From Mobula hypostoma (taxonomy: Eukaryota): DNA of 64,000 bases. The notes below the pieces were generated by a model, which saw nothing but the letters and a program-made list of their open reading frames with translations, had not been told where the DNA came from and did no database searches. The first letter of the stretch is position 1. The number at the start of each line of letters is the position of its first letter. The position numbers and the translations under genes were made by a program. Positions 13,171 through 26,471 of the stretch are shown piece after piece. The stretch is taken from contig NC_086097.1 of assembly GCF_963921235.1 (NCBI RefSeq), forward strand, positions 15,686,001 to 15,750,000, read 5' to 3'.

Positions 13171-14550
13171 TTGTTGATGGGAATTCCTGGAGACACAAGT
13201 GACTGTAGATGCTGGCATCTGGAGCAACAGATCATGCAGGATTTCAGCCCAAAACGTTGACATTTCCTTTTCTGCTGCAGATGCTGCATCACCCACTGAG
13301 TTCATCCAGTGGATCGACCGATTGGGGAGGCGGGGTGGGGCTCCTCGTCCCCATTCCAACATCTTTCTACAGGAGTACCATCGAGACTGTCCTTTGTGGC
13401 TGGGTCGCTGTGTGTTACAGAATCTGCAAGGCTTAGGATCTCAAGACCCAACAGAGGATAGTAAAAAAACACTGAGAAGATCATTGGGGTCTTCCTCCCC
13501 CCGTTTACGAAATTTACCAGGAGCATTGCAGACACCATCCCACCATCCTTACCTCCCATCTCACAATCTCTTTGACCCATTACCATTAGGGAGGAGCTAC
13601 ACATGCATCAGGACTAGGACCGTCAGACTGGGTAACAGCTTCTTCCTTCAGGCTGTGAGACTAATGAATGCCCTGCCATCACTAAGGTCTCATCACTAGA
13701 ACGGTCAGCTGTTTATTGTTTACCTGTGCTGTGCTTTGCTACATGCATTTTGAATTACATTTTATTAACTTATTTATAGTATAATATTTGGTTTTATGTG
13801 CTGTGTGTGATATATGCTGTGTGGGTACACCTTGGTCCGGGGAGACATTGTTTCATTTGGTTGCATGCATGTACAGTCAGATAACAATAAACTTGAACTT
13901 GAACTTGAATTGATAGCCATCCCTCCAGCTCGATAAAGAAGTATTTCTATTTAATTCAAATTCCAAGGAAGCTCCAGTGTGGTCAGTGCCAGAGCTATAG
14001 TCAATTCCTGCCCACTGGATATTTTTGACACACTTCTGCTGGAATTAATCTCTACTTGGCTGAAAAGCCCTGACCGCTGTGGACAACATAAAAGTAGGAG
14101 ACTGAAGCAGCACAGCCTTGAAATTTGACCACAGCACTGTGCTTACCAGTTTCAGTTTTACCCAAAGTGAATTGTTCTGGAGATCATTTCAGGGTTGAAT
14201 CAAGCATTGTCTCTCAGAAAGATCATGGCTGAAATCTTACCTTCATGCCTCTGTCCTGCACTCATCCCAACCATACCAAATTTGTATGTATAAAATTTGT
14301 ATATTTATAATACATAAACTGTTTCAAAGTAAATATATTATCAAATTACGTATCTGTCACCATATACTACCCCCATCAGCCCTCTTCTCACTGCTACCAT
14401 CAAGGAGGAGGTACAGGAGCCTGAAGATACACACTCAATGTTTCAGAGACAATTTCTTCCCCCTCTGCCATTAGATTTCTGAATGGACAATGAACCTATG
14501 AATGTTAACTCAGTGTTTTTTTCCCGTCTTTTTGCACTACATATTTAATT

Positions 14551-15006
<456 letters not shown>

Positions 15007-15292
15007 CACACAGTTCTTATTTTAATTTATAGAACATAGAAAACCTGCAGCATAATACAGGCCTTTTGGCCCACAAAGTTGTGCTGAACATGTCCCTACC
15101 TTAGAAATTACTAAGCTTACCCATAGCCCTCTATTTTTCTAAGCTCCATGTACCTATCCAAAAGTCTCTTAAAAGACCCTATCGTATCCGCCTCCACCAC
15201 CGTTGCCGGCAGCCCATTCCACACACTCACCACTTTCTATGTAAAAATTTACCCCTGACATCTCCTCAATACCTACTCCCCAGCGCCTTAAA

Positions 15293-15367
15293 GTCCTGAC
15301 GAAGGGTCTTGGCCCGAAATGTCGACTGTACCTCTTCCTGGAGATGCTGCCTGGCCTGCTGCGTTCA
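15293..15367 (+). mobile_element. 75-bp Penelope-derived insert beginning at a hammerhead core, inserted in a minus-strand CR1 3' end (~15030-15445)
   Basis: gtcCTGACGAagggtcttggcccGAAAtGTCgact. TSD ccagc(g/a)ccttaaa at 15280-15292 and 15368-15380. Confidence 0.78.
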
Positions 15368-16281
15368 CCAGCACCTTAAACCTGTGTCCTCTTGTGACAA
15401 CCATTGCAGCCCAGGGAAAAAGCCTCTGACTATCCACATGATCAATATAGATTTATTATTATTAATTGCACTGAATTGCTGTCATGAAACAACAATTTCA
15501 TGACAAATGCCAGGGATATTAAACCTGATTCTGATTCTCAGATTCATTTTTTTGTGGACATTTGCAGCAGAGCAAAGAAAGACAATAGAATCAATAAAAA
15601 AAACACAGACAAAGAATGACAAAAAATGTGCAAAAAGGCAAGCTGTGCAAATACAAACAAATAAATAACTAAAACTGAGAACAGGAGTCATAGAGTCATT
15701 CAAAGTGAGTTCATAGGTTGTGGAATCAGTTCATTGTCAGAGTGAGTGAAGTCATCCACCCTGTTTCAGGAGCCTGACAGTTGAAGGGTAACAACTATTC
15801 CTGTAAGTGCTGGTGTGGACATAAGGTTCCTACACCTCCTTCCCAATGGCTGCAGCAAGAAGAGAGTACAGCCTGGATGGTGGGGGTCCTGGGTGATGGA
15901 TGCTTTTTCCTTCTGGCAGCGCTCCTTGTAGCTGTGCTCAGTGTTGGGGATCTCAGTTGGTCAGGCAGCATCTACGGAGGGAAATGGACAGTCAACATCT
16001 CAGGTTGAGACCCTTCATCTGGACTTAAAGAAAGATGGGAGATAGCCAGTATATAAAGTTTTTATGCTTCTCTTTTTATACGGCCTATCTACTTTTTTTT
16101 CTCTTTCAGTCCAGATGAAGGATATGGACCTGAAATGTCAGTTGTCCATTTCCCTCCACAGATGCTGTCTGACCTGCTGATTTCCTCCAGCTCCTTGTGC
16201 AATGCTCCAGCTTCCAGCATCTGCAGCTCCTTGGGTCTTAAGTTTATGTAGAAGCCTTGCAAAGTAGCAAGGAGATACTGT

Positions 16282-16470
16282 GCAACACACACAAAATGCT
16301 GGAGGAACACAGCAGGCCAGGCAGCATCTATGGAAAAAAGTATAGTCAACGTCCTGCCCAAAACGTCCACTGTACGTTTTTCCATAGATGCTGCCTGGCC
16401 TGCTGAGTTCCTCCAGCATTTTGTGTGTGTTGCTCGGATTTCCAGCATCTGCAGATTTTCTCTTGTTTGT
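16282..16470. mobile_element. Penelope-derived palindromic miniature element (hammerhead core deleted)
   Basis: ~65-bp inverted arms gcaacacacacaaaatgctggaggaa...atctatggaaaaa / tttttccatagat...ttcctccagcattttgtgtgtgttgc. Perfect 13-bp TSD aaggagatactgt at 16269-16281 and 16471-16483. Confidence 0.82.
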
Positions 16471-17159
16471 AAGGAGATACTGTTCAACATTTACATCTAG
16501 ACAGTGGTATGACGTTGTCGTTTAAACTCAGTAAAAGTGTTAACTTTTTTATTATTTGTTTCTGAGATGCAGCATGAAACAGGCCCTTCCAACCCAATGA
16601 GCCATGTCACTCAGTAAACCACTTATTTAACACTCGCTTAATCACAGGTCAATTTACAATGGCCAATTAATCTACTAATTCATGCCTCTTTGGACCATAA
16701 CAGGAAACCAGAGAACCAACATTGTTGACAGGGAGGACATACAAACTCCTTACAGATGGTGCTGGGATTGAACTCTGAACTCTGGAGTTCCTTGAGCTGT
16801 AATAGCGTCGCGCTAACTGCTACACTACCTTGGCATCTAATTTGCCAGCAATCAGCTTTCACAAGCACCTCTCAATTTGACTCTAGAGCATAATGAACGA
16901 GCCTGAGCTTGCAGTCGGTCAGTTTTGCAACTAATGCGACTCAAATGCACGTTGTTGTGCAAGAGGAGGCGTCATTGAACATATAGTCATACCTTCTCAT
17001 CAAAATGCTACATGGTGACTTGAAGTGTCATCGTTGAAAACATACTTTCAATTGAGCTTGATTTCTTTCTCTATTAATGTTGCTCTGTGTTGTAGTTTGC
17101 TCCAATGATAATGGGAAGCTCTACTTGTTTAGTAGACATATCTATTATGGGGCACCATA

Positions 17160-17445
17160 ATGGTAGCCTAGTTGTTAGCGCGACACGATTACAGCTTAGG
17201 GGTGTTCTGGAGTATGGTGTTCCATTCTGACCCCAATCTTTGTACATTCTCCCCATGGAATACGTGGGTTTTCCCTGGGTCCTCCAGTTTCCTTTCACAG
17301 TGCAAAGACGCATTGACTAGGTTAATGGGTCATTGTAAATTGTCCCTTGATTAGGTTAGGGTTAATAGGACTTGTTGAGGGCTACTGGGGCAGCATGGCT
17401 GAAGGAGCTGGAAGGGTCTGCTCTGTGCTGTATTGCAAAATTAAT
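17160..17445 (+). mobile_element. HE1-like tRNA-derived V-SINE
   Basis: A-box-like ggtagcctagttgttagcg, core gtgggttttccctgggtcctccagtttcc...caaagacg, then cattgtaaattgtccc. Related copies at ~16550-16830(-), 24490-24760(-), 37670-37950(-), 41625-41880(+), 43555-43805(-), 46950-47165(-), 47650-47925(+), 48375-48670(+), 48790-49050(-), 56060-56265(-), 57000-57250(-). Confidence 0.75.
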
Positions 17446-20304
17446 TAATTAATGCTGTCTTAATATCTGTAAAATTTCTTCAGAGTAATCATAGTGTTCT
17501 GTTAACAGTATCTTGTCAAACTTGCCAAAGTAAATGTCTCAATTCATTACTGAAATATGTGCAATGCTATCAACACACACACCAATGCACTGATTGTTAA
17601 TTGACACTGATAATTGACAATATTTGCTGCCACTATTGTTTGTAGCTTAGCTACAGTACAATCACAGTTTATCATTTTCTACTTGAACTTCCAGACTATG
17701 AAGGCCTCTTTTCTGTTGTTTGACTTGGCATTGAAATGGTTTTTGTTGCTAGGATTAGCCTTACATCTGCAATCCTTTGAAACGGGAACTTTCTTTTGGC
17801 AGCTGAAACATGTGGCTGTTCTACACTGACAAATGTGTGATGGCTGTTTCAATGAACTGAACTGGAATTCAAAGTTCGAAGTTCAAAGTAAATTTATTAT
17901 CAAAGAAAATTGACTAAAACATTATTAATAACACCTTTTCTGAAGAAATTTGTGGTAAACTATCACTGCAAACAATGAAGAGGTGAGTGAATACAAAGCA
18001 AATTGAGCTGTGTTGGTGCATTGCAAAATCAATGCAGAAAGAGTTGGAATGAACGATTTAGAGAGGAGGAGTCGAGGCAGAGGAGTTTTGATGCCCATCC
18101 AACTAATCCAGGTGCGAGTTTAGATTTCTCTAAGCTCCGAGCTGATTTGGAGTGGTCAAGAATGGCTTTGGGCTGGGCAATGAGGTCTAGGGCCAGAGCA
18201 AATTGCTGAGTGGTGTAGGCCTGGAAATTTTCGCTGTGGTGGGGCCCAGTTCCTAATGTGAGGTATGATCCGGTGATTGGACAATTTAAAGGCTGGCCCA
18301 GATAGACTGGAAAGACGGGTGTCCGGACAGGAGGCGAGAGCTGGGCTGATCTCACTTGCACTCCTGCGATGTTCACTCCTCTCTCCACTGTACTGAGGTT
18401 CTGAGACTGCCCTGGCTGCTGTGCTTCGTGTCTGCGAGATTTGCAGCAGTTTGCCCCACTAATGTAATGAACTGAGACCGAGGCTTTGGGCCTACTCTGG
18501 GGTGCTCTGGGAATTTGGATCTAAGGACTCATTTTGGTTTCTATTGCTGTCTTCTGTTGTTCGCATGATTAGTGTTTTTTCTCTTTCTCTGCGCATTGGG
18601 TGTTGGTTTTCATCTTTTTTAAAGTCGGATTCTTCTGTGTTTTTTGCTCTGTGGCTGTCAATAAGCAAACAAATATCTAGGTTGTATAATTTATACTTTC
18701 TTTGATAATAAATGTACTTTGAATCTTTGAAAGTACATATGTGTCACTCTATATAATCCTGAGATTCATTTCTTATGAGCATTTCCAGTAGATACAAAGA
18801 GACACAATAGATTCAATGAAAGACCACACCAACAGAGCAGACAACCAGTGTGCAAAAGACAACAAACTGCAAATACTAAATAAATAATAATAAATAAATA
18901 AGCAATTACTGTCAAGAACTTGCGATGAAGAGTTCTTGAAAGTGAACCATAGAGTTGTGGGAAGAGTGTTGGGGTGAGTGAAATTATCCCCTTTGGTTCA
19001 AGAGGGGTAATAACTGTTCTTGAATCTGGTGGGGTGGGTTCTGAGGCTTCTGTGAGAAGAAGTTATGGCCTGGATGGTGGGATTCCTTGATGATAGATGC
19101 TGCTTATCTGAGTCAGCGCTCCGCGTGGACGTGCTCAATGGTGGGGAAAGTTTGACCAGTCACTTGGACTTTGTGATATTGGTCTAATGGTGCACTGCTG
19201 TGGGATTAGCGTCTGGGAAGACAAAATTTTCTGCTACTTCGCAATAGAGTCAAAGTCTGCATATAATGCATTTTCCAGCAGATATTTAGTGTGTAATCAT
19301 CAGCAGTTAGACCACAAGATAATGTTTCTACTAGCTCAAGAAAATATCTAGTGGTAACCTAATGAGAAAAAACATGAGAGAACACTGTTGTAAGCATAAA
19401 GTTGTCCCAATCTAACTGCAAGTTCATTAATACCATTTATGTTTCAGGTATTTCACTCAACAGAACCTGACTTTCTGAAATAAAACCAATTGGATAACAA
19501 AGAGCGTCTATAATTGGCTACAGCTTCTCATGTGATTACATAGCTGCTGTGACTTAAACTACAGATTGATAACTTGGAGAATGAGAGATATGTTCGCCAA
19601 TTCGTCTTCAGTGTATTTCTGAGAAGTTTTATCTCATAAATTCTTACTGTGAATGGGTACATCCCAACACTCCCACCAATGTTCCATTCCCAAGGGCACC
19701 GCTATTCCATGGCCAATTAGGAAGGGTTTAATCTTGTCAGTGAGATAGGCATCTTCCCTTTCCAACATATGAGGAGAAATGTTTAAAGAAAACAAAAAGA
19801 ATGACAGTATCTTTAATGCTCATCTGGCATTAATGTTCATCCTTGTGTGCCTGCTACAGTGCCGGAATCTTAATCCTCAATTCCCAAAGATTCCAGGAAA
19901 ATCCTAGAGCATTGGGTTCCAGAATGTGAAAACTAATACTTATTAAAATTCTTTGCTCTTTGTAGGAAATATTCTATTATATTCTACAGGCTGCTTCATT
20001 TAAAAAATACCCACTGGAAATAAATAGTAATACAACTAATTCTCCAGAGAAAGACTATTCAAAGTTCAAAGTAAATTTATTATCAAAATACATATATGCC
20101 ACCAAATACAACCCTGAGATTCATTGTCTAGCGGGCATACTCAATAAATCCATAGAATAATAACCATAACAGAATCAAGGAAAGACCACACGACTTGAGT
20201 GTTCAGAAGACAACAAACTGTACAAATACAATAAATAAATAAATAAACAAACAAACAAGCAATAAATATTGAAAACTCGAGATGATGAGTCCTTGAAAGT
20301 GAGC

Positions 20305-21562
20305 CCATAAGTCATAGTCATACTTTATTGATCCCGGGGGAAATTGGTTTTCGTTACAGTTACACCATAAATAATTAAATAGTAATATGTAAATTACACC
20401 AGGAAATAAGTCCAGGACCAGCCTATTGGCTCAGGGTGTCTGACTCTCCAAGGGAGGAGTTGTAAAGTTTGATGGCCACAGGCAGGAATGACTTCCTATG
20501 ACGCTCTGTGCTGCATCTCGGTGGAATGAGTCTCTGGCTGAATGTACTCTTGTGCCCAACCAGTACATTATGTAGTGGATGGGAGACATTGTCCAAGATG
20601 GCATGCAACTTGGACAGCATCCTCTTTTCAGACACCACCGTCAGAGAGTCCAGTTCCATCCCCACAAAATCACTGGCCTTACGAATGAGTTTGTGGATTC
20701 TGTTGGTGTCTGCTACCCTCAGCCTGCTGCCCCAGCACACAACAGCAAACATGATCGTACTGACCACCACAGACTCGTAGAACATCCTCAGCATCGTCCA
20801 GCAGATGTAAAAGGACCTCAGTCTCCTCAGGAAATAGAGACGGCTCTGACCCTTCTTGTAGACAGCCTCAGTGTTCTTTGACCAGTCCAGTTTATTGTCA
20901 ATTCGTATCCCCAGCTATTTGCAATCCTCCACCATGTCCATACTGACCCCCTGGATGGAAACAGGGGTCACCGGTACCTTAGCTCTCCTCAGGTCTACCA
21001 CCAGCTCCTTAGTCTTTTTCACGTTAAGCTGCAGATAATTCTGCTCACACCATGTGACAAAGTTTCCTACTGTAGCCCTGTACTCAGCCTCATCTCCCTT
21101 GCTGATGCATCCAACTATGGCAGATTCATCAGAAAATTTCTGAAGATGACAAGACTCTGTGCAGTAGTTGAAGTCCGAGGTGTAAATGGTGAAGAGAAAG
21201 GGAGACAAGACAGTCCCCTGTGGAGCCCCAGTGCTGCTGATCACTCTGTCGGACACACAGTGTTGCAAGCACACGTACTGTGGTCTGCCAGTCAGGTAAT
21301 CAAGAATCCATGACACCAGGAAAGCATCCACCTGCATCGCTGTCAGCTTCTCCCCCAGCAGAGCAGGGTGGATGGTGTTGAACGCACTGGAGAAGTCAAA
21401 AAACATGACCCTCACAGTGCTCGCTGGCTTGTCCAGGTGGGCGTAGACACGGTTCAGCAGGTAGACGATGGCATCCTCAACTCCTAGTCGGTGCTGGTAG
21501 GTGAACTGGAGGGGAGCTAAGTGTGGCCTGACCATAGGCCGGAGCAACTCCAGAACAAGTCT
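20305..21562 (-). mobile_element. Young Rex1/Babar-type LINE (second family), nested in another Rex1 element (~20060-22540)
   Basis: FFDFSSAFNTI, GAPQGTVLSPFLFTIYTSD, FSDE, LNVKKTKELVVD. (TATGAC)n tail. Near-identical 3' copy at ~35057-35609. Confidence 0.88.
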
Positions 21563-22239
21563 GGGAAGGTTGAAGTTGAGTGAAGTTATCTCCTTTGGTT
21601 CAAGAGCCTGATGGATGATAATGTTAGTTCTGGGCTCCTGTACCACCTTGCTGATAGCAGCATTGAGAAGAGAGCATCTCCTGGTTGGTGGGGTCCCTCA
21701 TGATGGATGCTGCTTTTCTGTGACAGTGTATTGTGTAGATGTGCTCAGTGGTACGGAGGGCTTTATCTGTGATGGACTGGGATGACATTCAAGGGCAGTA
21801 GAGTTTCCATACCAGGCTGTGATGCAGCCAGTCGATATACTCTCCACTGCACATCCATTGAGGTTTGTCAAAGTTTTACATGTCATGCCGAATCTTCACA
21901 AACTCTTGAGGATGTAAAGACACTGCCATGCTTTTATTCATAATTGCACTTATGTGCCGAGCCCAGGACAGGTCCTCTGAAATAATAACCCCAAGGAACT
22001 TAAAGTTGTTGACCCTCTCCACCTCTGACCCTCTGATGAAGACTGGCTCAACGACCTCTGATTTCTTCTCCCAAAGTCAATAACCAGCTCCTTGGTCTTG
22101 CTGACATTGAGTGAGAGGTTGTTGTTGTGGCACCACTCGGCCAGATTTCTAATCTCCCTCCTAAACGCTGATTCATCTCCACTTTTGATTTGGCCAATGA
22201 CAGTGGTGTCGTCAGCAAATTTAAATATAGTATTGGAGC

Positions 22240-22416
22240 GCAAACAACGGGAACCTTTTGCATCTCCCCCTCCCCCTCCAACTTTCAAATCCCTTACTCA
22301 CTCTTCCTTCAGTTAGTTCTGACGAAGGGTCTCGGCCTGAAACGTCGACTGCGCCTCTTCCTATAGATGCTGCTTGGCCTGCTGCGTTCACCAGCAACTT
22401 TGATGTGTGTTGCTTG
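22240..22416 (+). mobile_element. Penelope-derived miniature with intact hammerhead core (~22315-22350), inserted in a Rex1 LINE
   Basis: agttCTGACGAagggtctcggcctGAAAcGTCgact. Perfect 13-bp TSD atagtattggagc at 22227-22239 and 22417-22429. Confidence 0.82.
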
Positions 22417-23009
22417 ATAGTATTGGAGCTATGCTTAGCCACACAGTCATAAGTGTAAAGCTAGCAGAGCAGGTGGTTAAACACACAACCCTGTGGATCA
22501 CCTGGGCTGGGGAGATGGTGGAGGAGATGTTGTTGCCAGTGTCTAGGTATTGGTATGTGCATTGGTTTATTATTGTTTCATGTGCCAAGATACAGTGAAT
22601 AGCTTGTTTTGCAAACTATTCATACAGATCATATCATTACTCAGTGCATGGAGGTGGAACAAAGTCAAACAATAAATGCAGAATAAAGCGTAACAGAAAA
22701 AGTGAAGAGCAGGTGAACAATAAAGTGTGAGATCATGACAAGGTAGGTTGTGAGGTCAAGAGTCAATCTTAGCATACAAGTGGACTATCCAAGAGTCTGA
22801 TAACAGTGGGATATTATCTTTCCTTGAGCTGGCTGGTATGTCCTTTCAGGCTTTTGTATCTTCTGCCCAGTGGGAGAAGGGAGAAGAGAGAATGAGGCAG
22901 AGAAATGAGGAAGCAGGTGGAAGAAAGTGAGGCAGGGATTCTCAAGCACTTCTTCCAACTTTGCCCATGATACACCCTTATGTTGATAAGACCAAGGTTA
23001 ACTTAGGCA

Positions 23010-23600
23010 ACCACTTAGGCAGAGCAAGGAGATAATACTGAGGTTTTATAAGACACTAGTCAGGCCGCACTTAGAGTTTTGGGTCAACAGAGTCAACAAT
23101 ATCATTGGAGAGAGTCCAGAGGAGGTTCACGAGGATGATTCCAGGAATGAAAAGGTTAACATATGAGGATCATTTGGCAGCTTTGGGCCTGTACTCACTG
23201 GAATTTAGAAGAATGCGGGGGGGATCTCATTAAAACCTACCAAATATTGACAGGATTGAAAGGGTGGTTGTGGAGAGGATGTTCCCCATGGTGGAGGTAT
23301 CCAGAACTAGAGGGCACAGCCTCAAAATTGAGGGGCAACCCTTTAGAACAGAGGTAAGGAGGATTTTTTTAGCCAGAGAGTAGTAAATCTGTGGAATGCT
23401 CCGCGGTGGAGGCCAAGTCCATAAGTATATTTAAGGCAGAAATTGATTATTTCCTAATAGGTCAGGGCATCAAAAGATATGGCGAGAAGGCAGGTGTATG
23501 GAGTTGAGTGGGATCCAGGATCAACCATGATGGAGTGGTGGAGCAGATTCAATGGGCTAAATGGCCTAATTCTGCTCCTAAGTCTTATGGTCTTATGTCT
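23010..23600 (+). mobile_element. CR1 LINE 3' fragment
   Basis: LVRPHLE / ERVQRRFTRM-like coding remnants. Tail gtcttatggtcttatg. Confidence 0.8.
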
Positions 23601-23657
23601 ATTAAATAGTTAAGTTAAAATAGGCAGTGCAAAAAAAAAACAGAAATAAAATAGTAG

Positions 23658-23829
23658 AACAAACAACAGGAATTCTGCAGATGCTGGAAATTCAAGCAAC
23701 ACACATCAAAGTTGCTGGTGAACGCAGCAGGCCAGGCAACATCTCTAGGAAGAGGTACGGTCAACGTTTCAGGCCGAGACCCTTCGTCAGGACCCTGACG
23801 AAGGGTCTCGGCCTGAAACGTCGACTGTA
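23658..23829. mobile_element. Penelope-derived miniature with two back-to-back inverted hammerhead cores
   Basis: ...gtcaacgtttcaggccgagacccttcgtcagg-ac-cctgacgaagggtctcggcctgaaacgtcgac..., a ~36-bp-arm hairpin. Confidence 0.8.
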
Positions 23830-24974
23830 TAAAAAAAGTAGTGAGTGTTCATGGTTTCAATGTCTATTTGGAAATCCATCGGCAGAGGGGAAGAAGCTGT
23901 TCCTGAATCACTGAGTGTGTGCCTTCAGGCTTCTGTACCTCCTTCCTGACAGTAGCAATGAGAAGAGGGCATGTCCAGGGCAGTGGGGGTCCTTAGTGAT
24001 GGATAAGGCACCGCCCCTTCAATATGTCTTGGATACTATGATGGAGCTGAACAATTTTACAAGTTTCTACAACTTAGTTTGACCTTGTGCAGTAGTCCTC
24101 CATACCAGACCCCTATCCCCTCCATAATGATCCATCTGTCTGTTCCATATCAAATTCCACTCATCACCTTCCTTACTTATAATATTCCAGAATCTGCAGC
24201 TCATCAATGTCTCTCCACATCACTTTCCTGTATCTGTCTTTACCTTCACCATTCCCTTCCTCAACCTGGCTGCCTCCTCACCTGGTTCAACCTATCACCT
24301 ACCTTACCCCTCCCCTTCACCTCTTTGCCCTGGTTGTCTCCCCTTGATACTCTCAATCCTGATGCAGGGTCCCCAGCTCAAAAAAATTATCTATCTCTCT
24401 TTGCTTCCACAGATGCTGCCTGTTCTGCTGAGTTCCTTCAGAAGCTTGCTTTCCTTTGCTCCAGTTAAATATTCTTATTAATTAATTTATTATTTTATTT
24501 ATTGAAATACAGCACAGAATGGGCCCTGCCAGCCCAACGAGCCACACCACCCAGTAATCCACTGATTTAACCCCAGCCTAATCACAGGACAATTTACAAT
24601 GACCAACTAACCTACTAACCCATACGTCTTTGAACTGTGGGAGGAAACCAGAGCACCCGGAGGAAACCCATGCAGCAACAGGGAGAATGTACAATACAGG
24701 AACTGAACCTGGGTCATTGGCGTTGTAAAGCTTTATGCTAACTGCTACGCTACTGTGCTGCTCCATTCTGAGATTGCCATATTCCCAGTCAGGGAACAAA
24801 TTAATCTGAAGAATTTACGCCAGCAGCTCTGTTCACCTTTTTCAATTAAGAGCAATGAAACACCGACAGTGTCAGAACCCAGTTGCTTGAAGTATTTGTG
24901 ACCAATTATTCCTGTCACCCTGGGTGCCGATGGCCCCTTGTGCTTTGTTGCTGAAATAACACCAGACAATGTGA

Positions 24975-25390
24975 CCAGATCTCCAAGAGGACTACAACCT
25001 TATCGTAGGGTTTGGAGGCTTGTGAGCCTCAATGACTCAGACAGCTATGTTGGCTGGAGTCAGGACTTTATGCTTTGCCTTTTGGTAGGGTCACCCATGC
25101 CAAACAGGTCAAAGGGTAGAGGCCAGATTAAGAGTGGTCCACGGATCCTCGCGGTTCGGGGGTTCAGCTCAGTGCTAACAACCCAGACTAGTAAAACAAA
25201 ATTGTTACGCAAACAGCAATGAAGAATCCTTCTACACCTGTGCGTGATGGTATTCTTAAGTATCCACCTGGGACTTGCATGACTGACAGTGGTGAAAATC
25301 AAGCTACTGACATGATGAAGGAATTCCTGAGCTCTACCAGAGATGGAGGAGCTTCATTACTGCCCTAAATGCTAGCGGCTTACTGGGCAG
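24975..25390 (+). mobile_element. Non-autonomous element resembling an RTE-clade LINE 5' UTR
   Basis: Recalled similarity to RTE/Rex3-type leader sequence (ccttatcgtagggtttggaggcttgtg...ggtagggtcacccatgcc). No ORF. Confidence 0.45.
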
Positions 25391-26209
25391 TAGGTAATAT
25401 AACCAGAAACATTTCATAAAAGGCAGATGTCGACGTATTTTAAGGAAATAGGCATCCTCTGATGTAAAGAAGTCTACTTTACAACGGACAGCGGATCAGT
25501 AGAGGACCACAAATAATGAAGTGTTGGTTCTTTTTGCGGCTACCCAAGGAGCAGAACCGTTTCTCTGGCCACGATTACTCATTAGCATTGGGAGCAGATG
25601 TAGAGATTGCTGGAGCTAAGTTCTCTGATGTGTGAGGCTAACAGAAAACAGGTGGCCACTGTTAGCGCTGGCGTCCAGCCATTAACAGGCCGCTGCAGAT
25701 GTCAGATAGGTTTGTGCAAGCCTGTGTAACAGCCCATATTGTACTTTGGCTTGTCCGTCATTACACCTTCTATTAATTAAATCTTTATCTTGATGAATTT
25801 CACTGACTATACAAATGATTTCATTCTGTAGAAATGTTTTCATTTTTTCCTTTTACATCTTCCAGAAACAATGAAAATTATTTTGAGAACAAGTCCAAAA
25901 AAGGAATACAGCTTGTGCTCAGAAACAAAATGAATCCATTACTTTTAATCTTCTCTCTGGCCAAGCTCATTCTTAACTGACCCACACTTCAGCTGTCCGG
26001 CTTTCCAATTATCTCTCAAGCATTCTCTTTGTTCAAAATTCAAATTTCAAAGTACATTTATTACCAAAGTACATATGCAGTGTACAACTCTGAGATTCAT
26101 CTTCCCACACCCACTGTATATAGTAGCTGTATGATATACTGTATAGACTGTGTATCTAGTTGAGACGCACTCGCTATTGACTTGGACTTTATAGCTAAGC
26201 AGGGAGGGG

Positions 26210-26471
26210 TGTTGTGTATTTAGTATTTCAATAATATTTGAGTAATCTCGTGTATATATATATATATATATATATTATATAGGTTAAGCATTCTAGTTCA
26301 TTTAAATATTTCATTACGGGTTATATGTATAAATACGTGAATTGCATACATCATGCTACCCCGTGATATGTGCACACCTTATTTAAAGTAAGCTCCAAGT
26401 TAGACCTACATTGCGGCCTCCCATGTCTTTCTTTGAATTACTTTAATGTTTTGAGGTTACAAAACACAACA
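26210..26471. mobile_element. Possible solo LTR
   Basis: TG...CA ends with an 8-bp terminal inverted repeat tgttgtgt/acacaaca. No clear TSD. Confidence 0.4.

Noticed and set aside
15950..16230. Additional inverted hammerhead-like pair (also ~9610-9645 and ~24355-24385)
   Set aside because: Core nucleotides are mutated (CAGAUGA, CUGAUGU, CUGAUGC). Treated as dead older pLTR remnants, not ribozymes.
17160..17240. tRNA gene-like A/B boxes
   Set aside because: Heads of tRNA-derived SINEs, with no complete cloverleaf.
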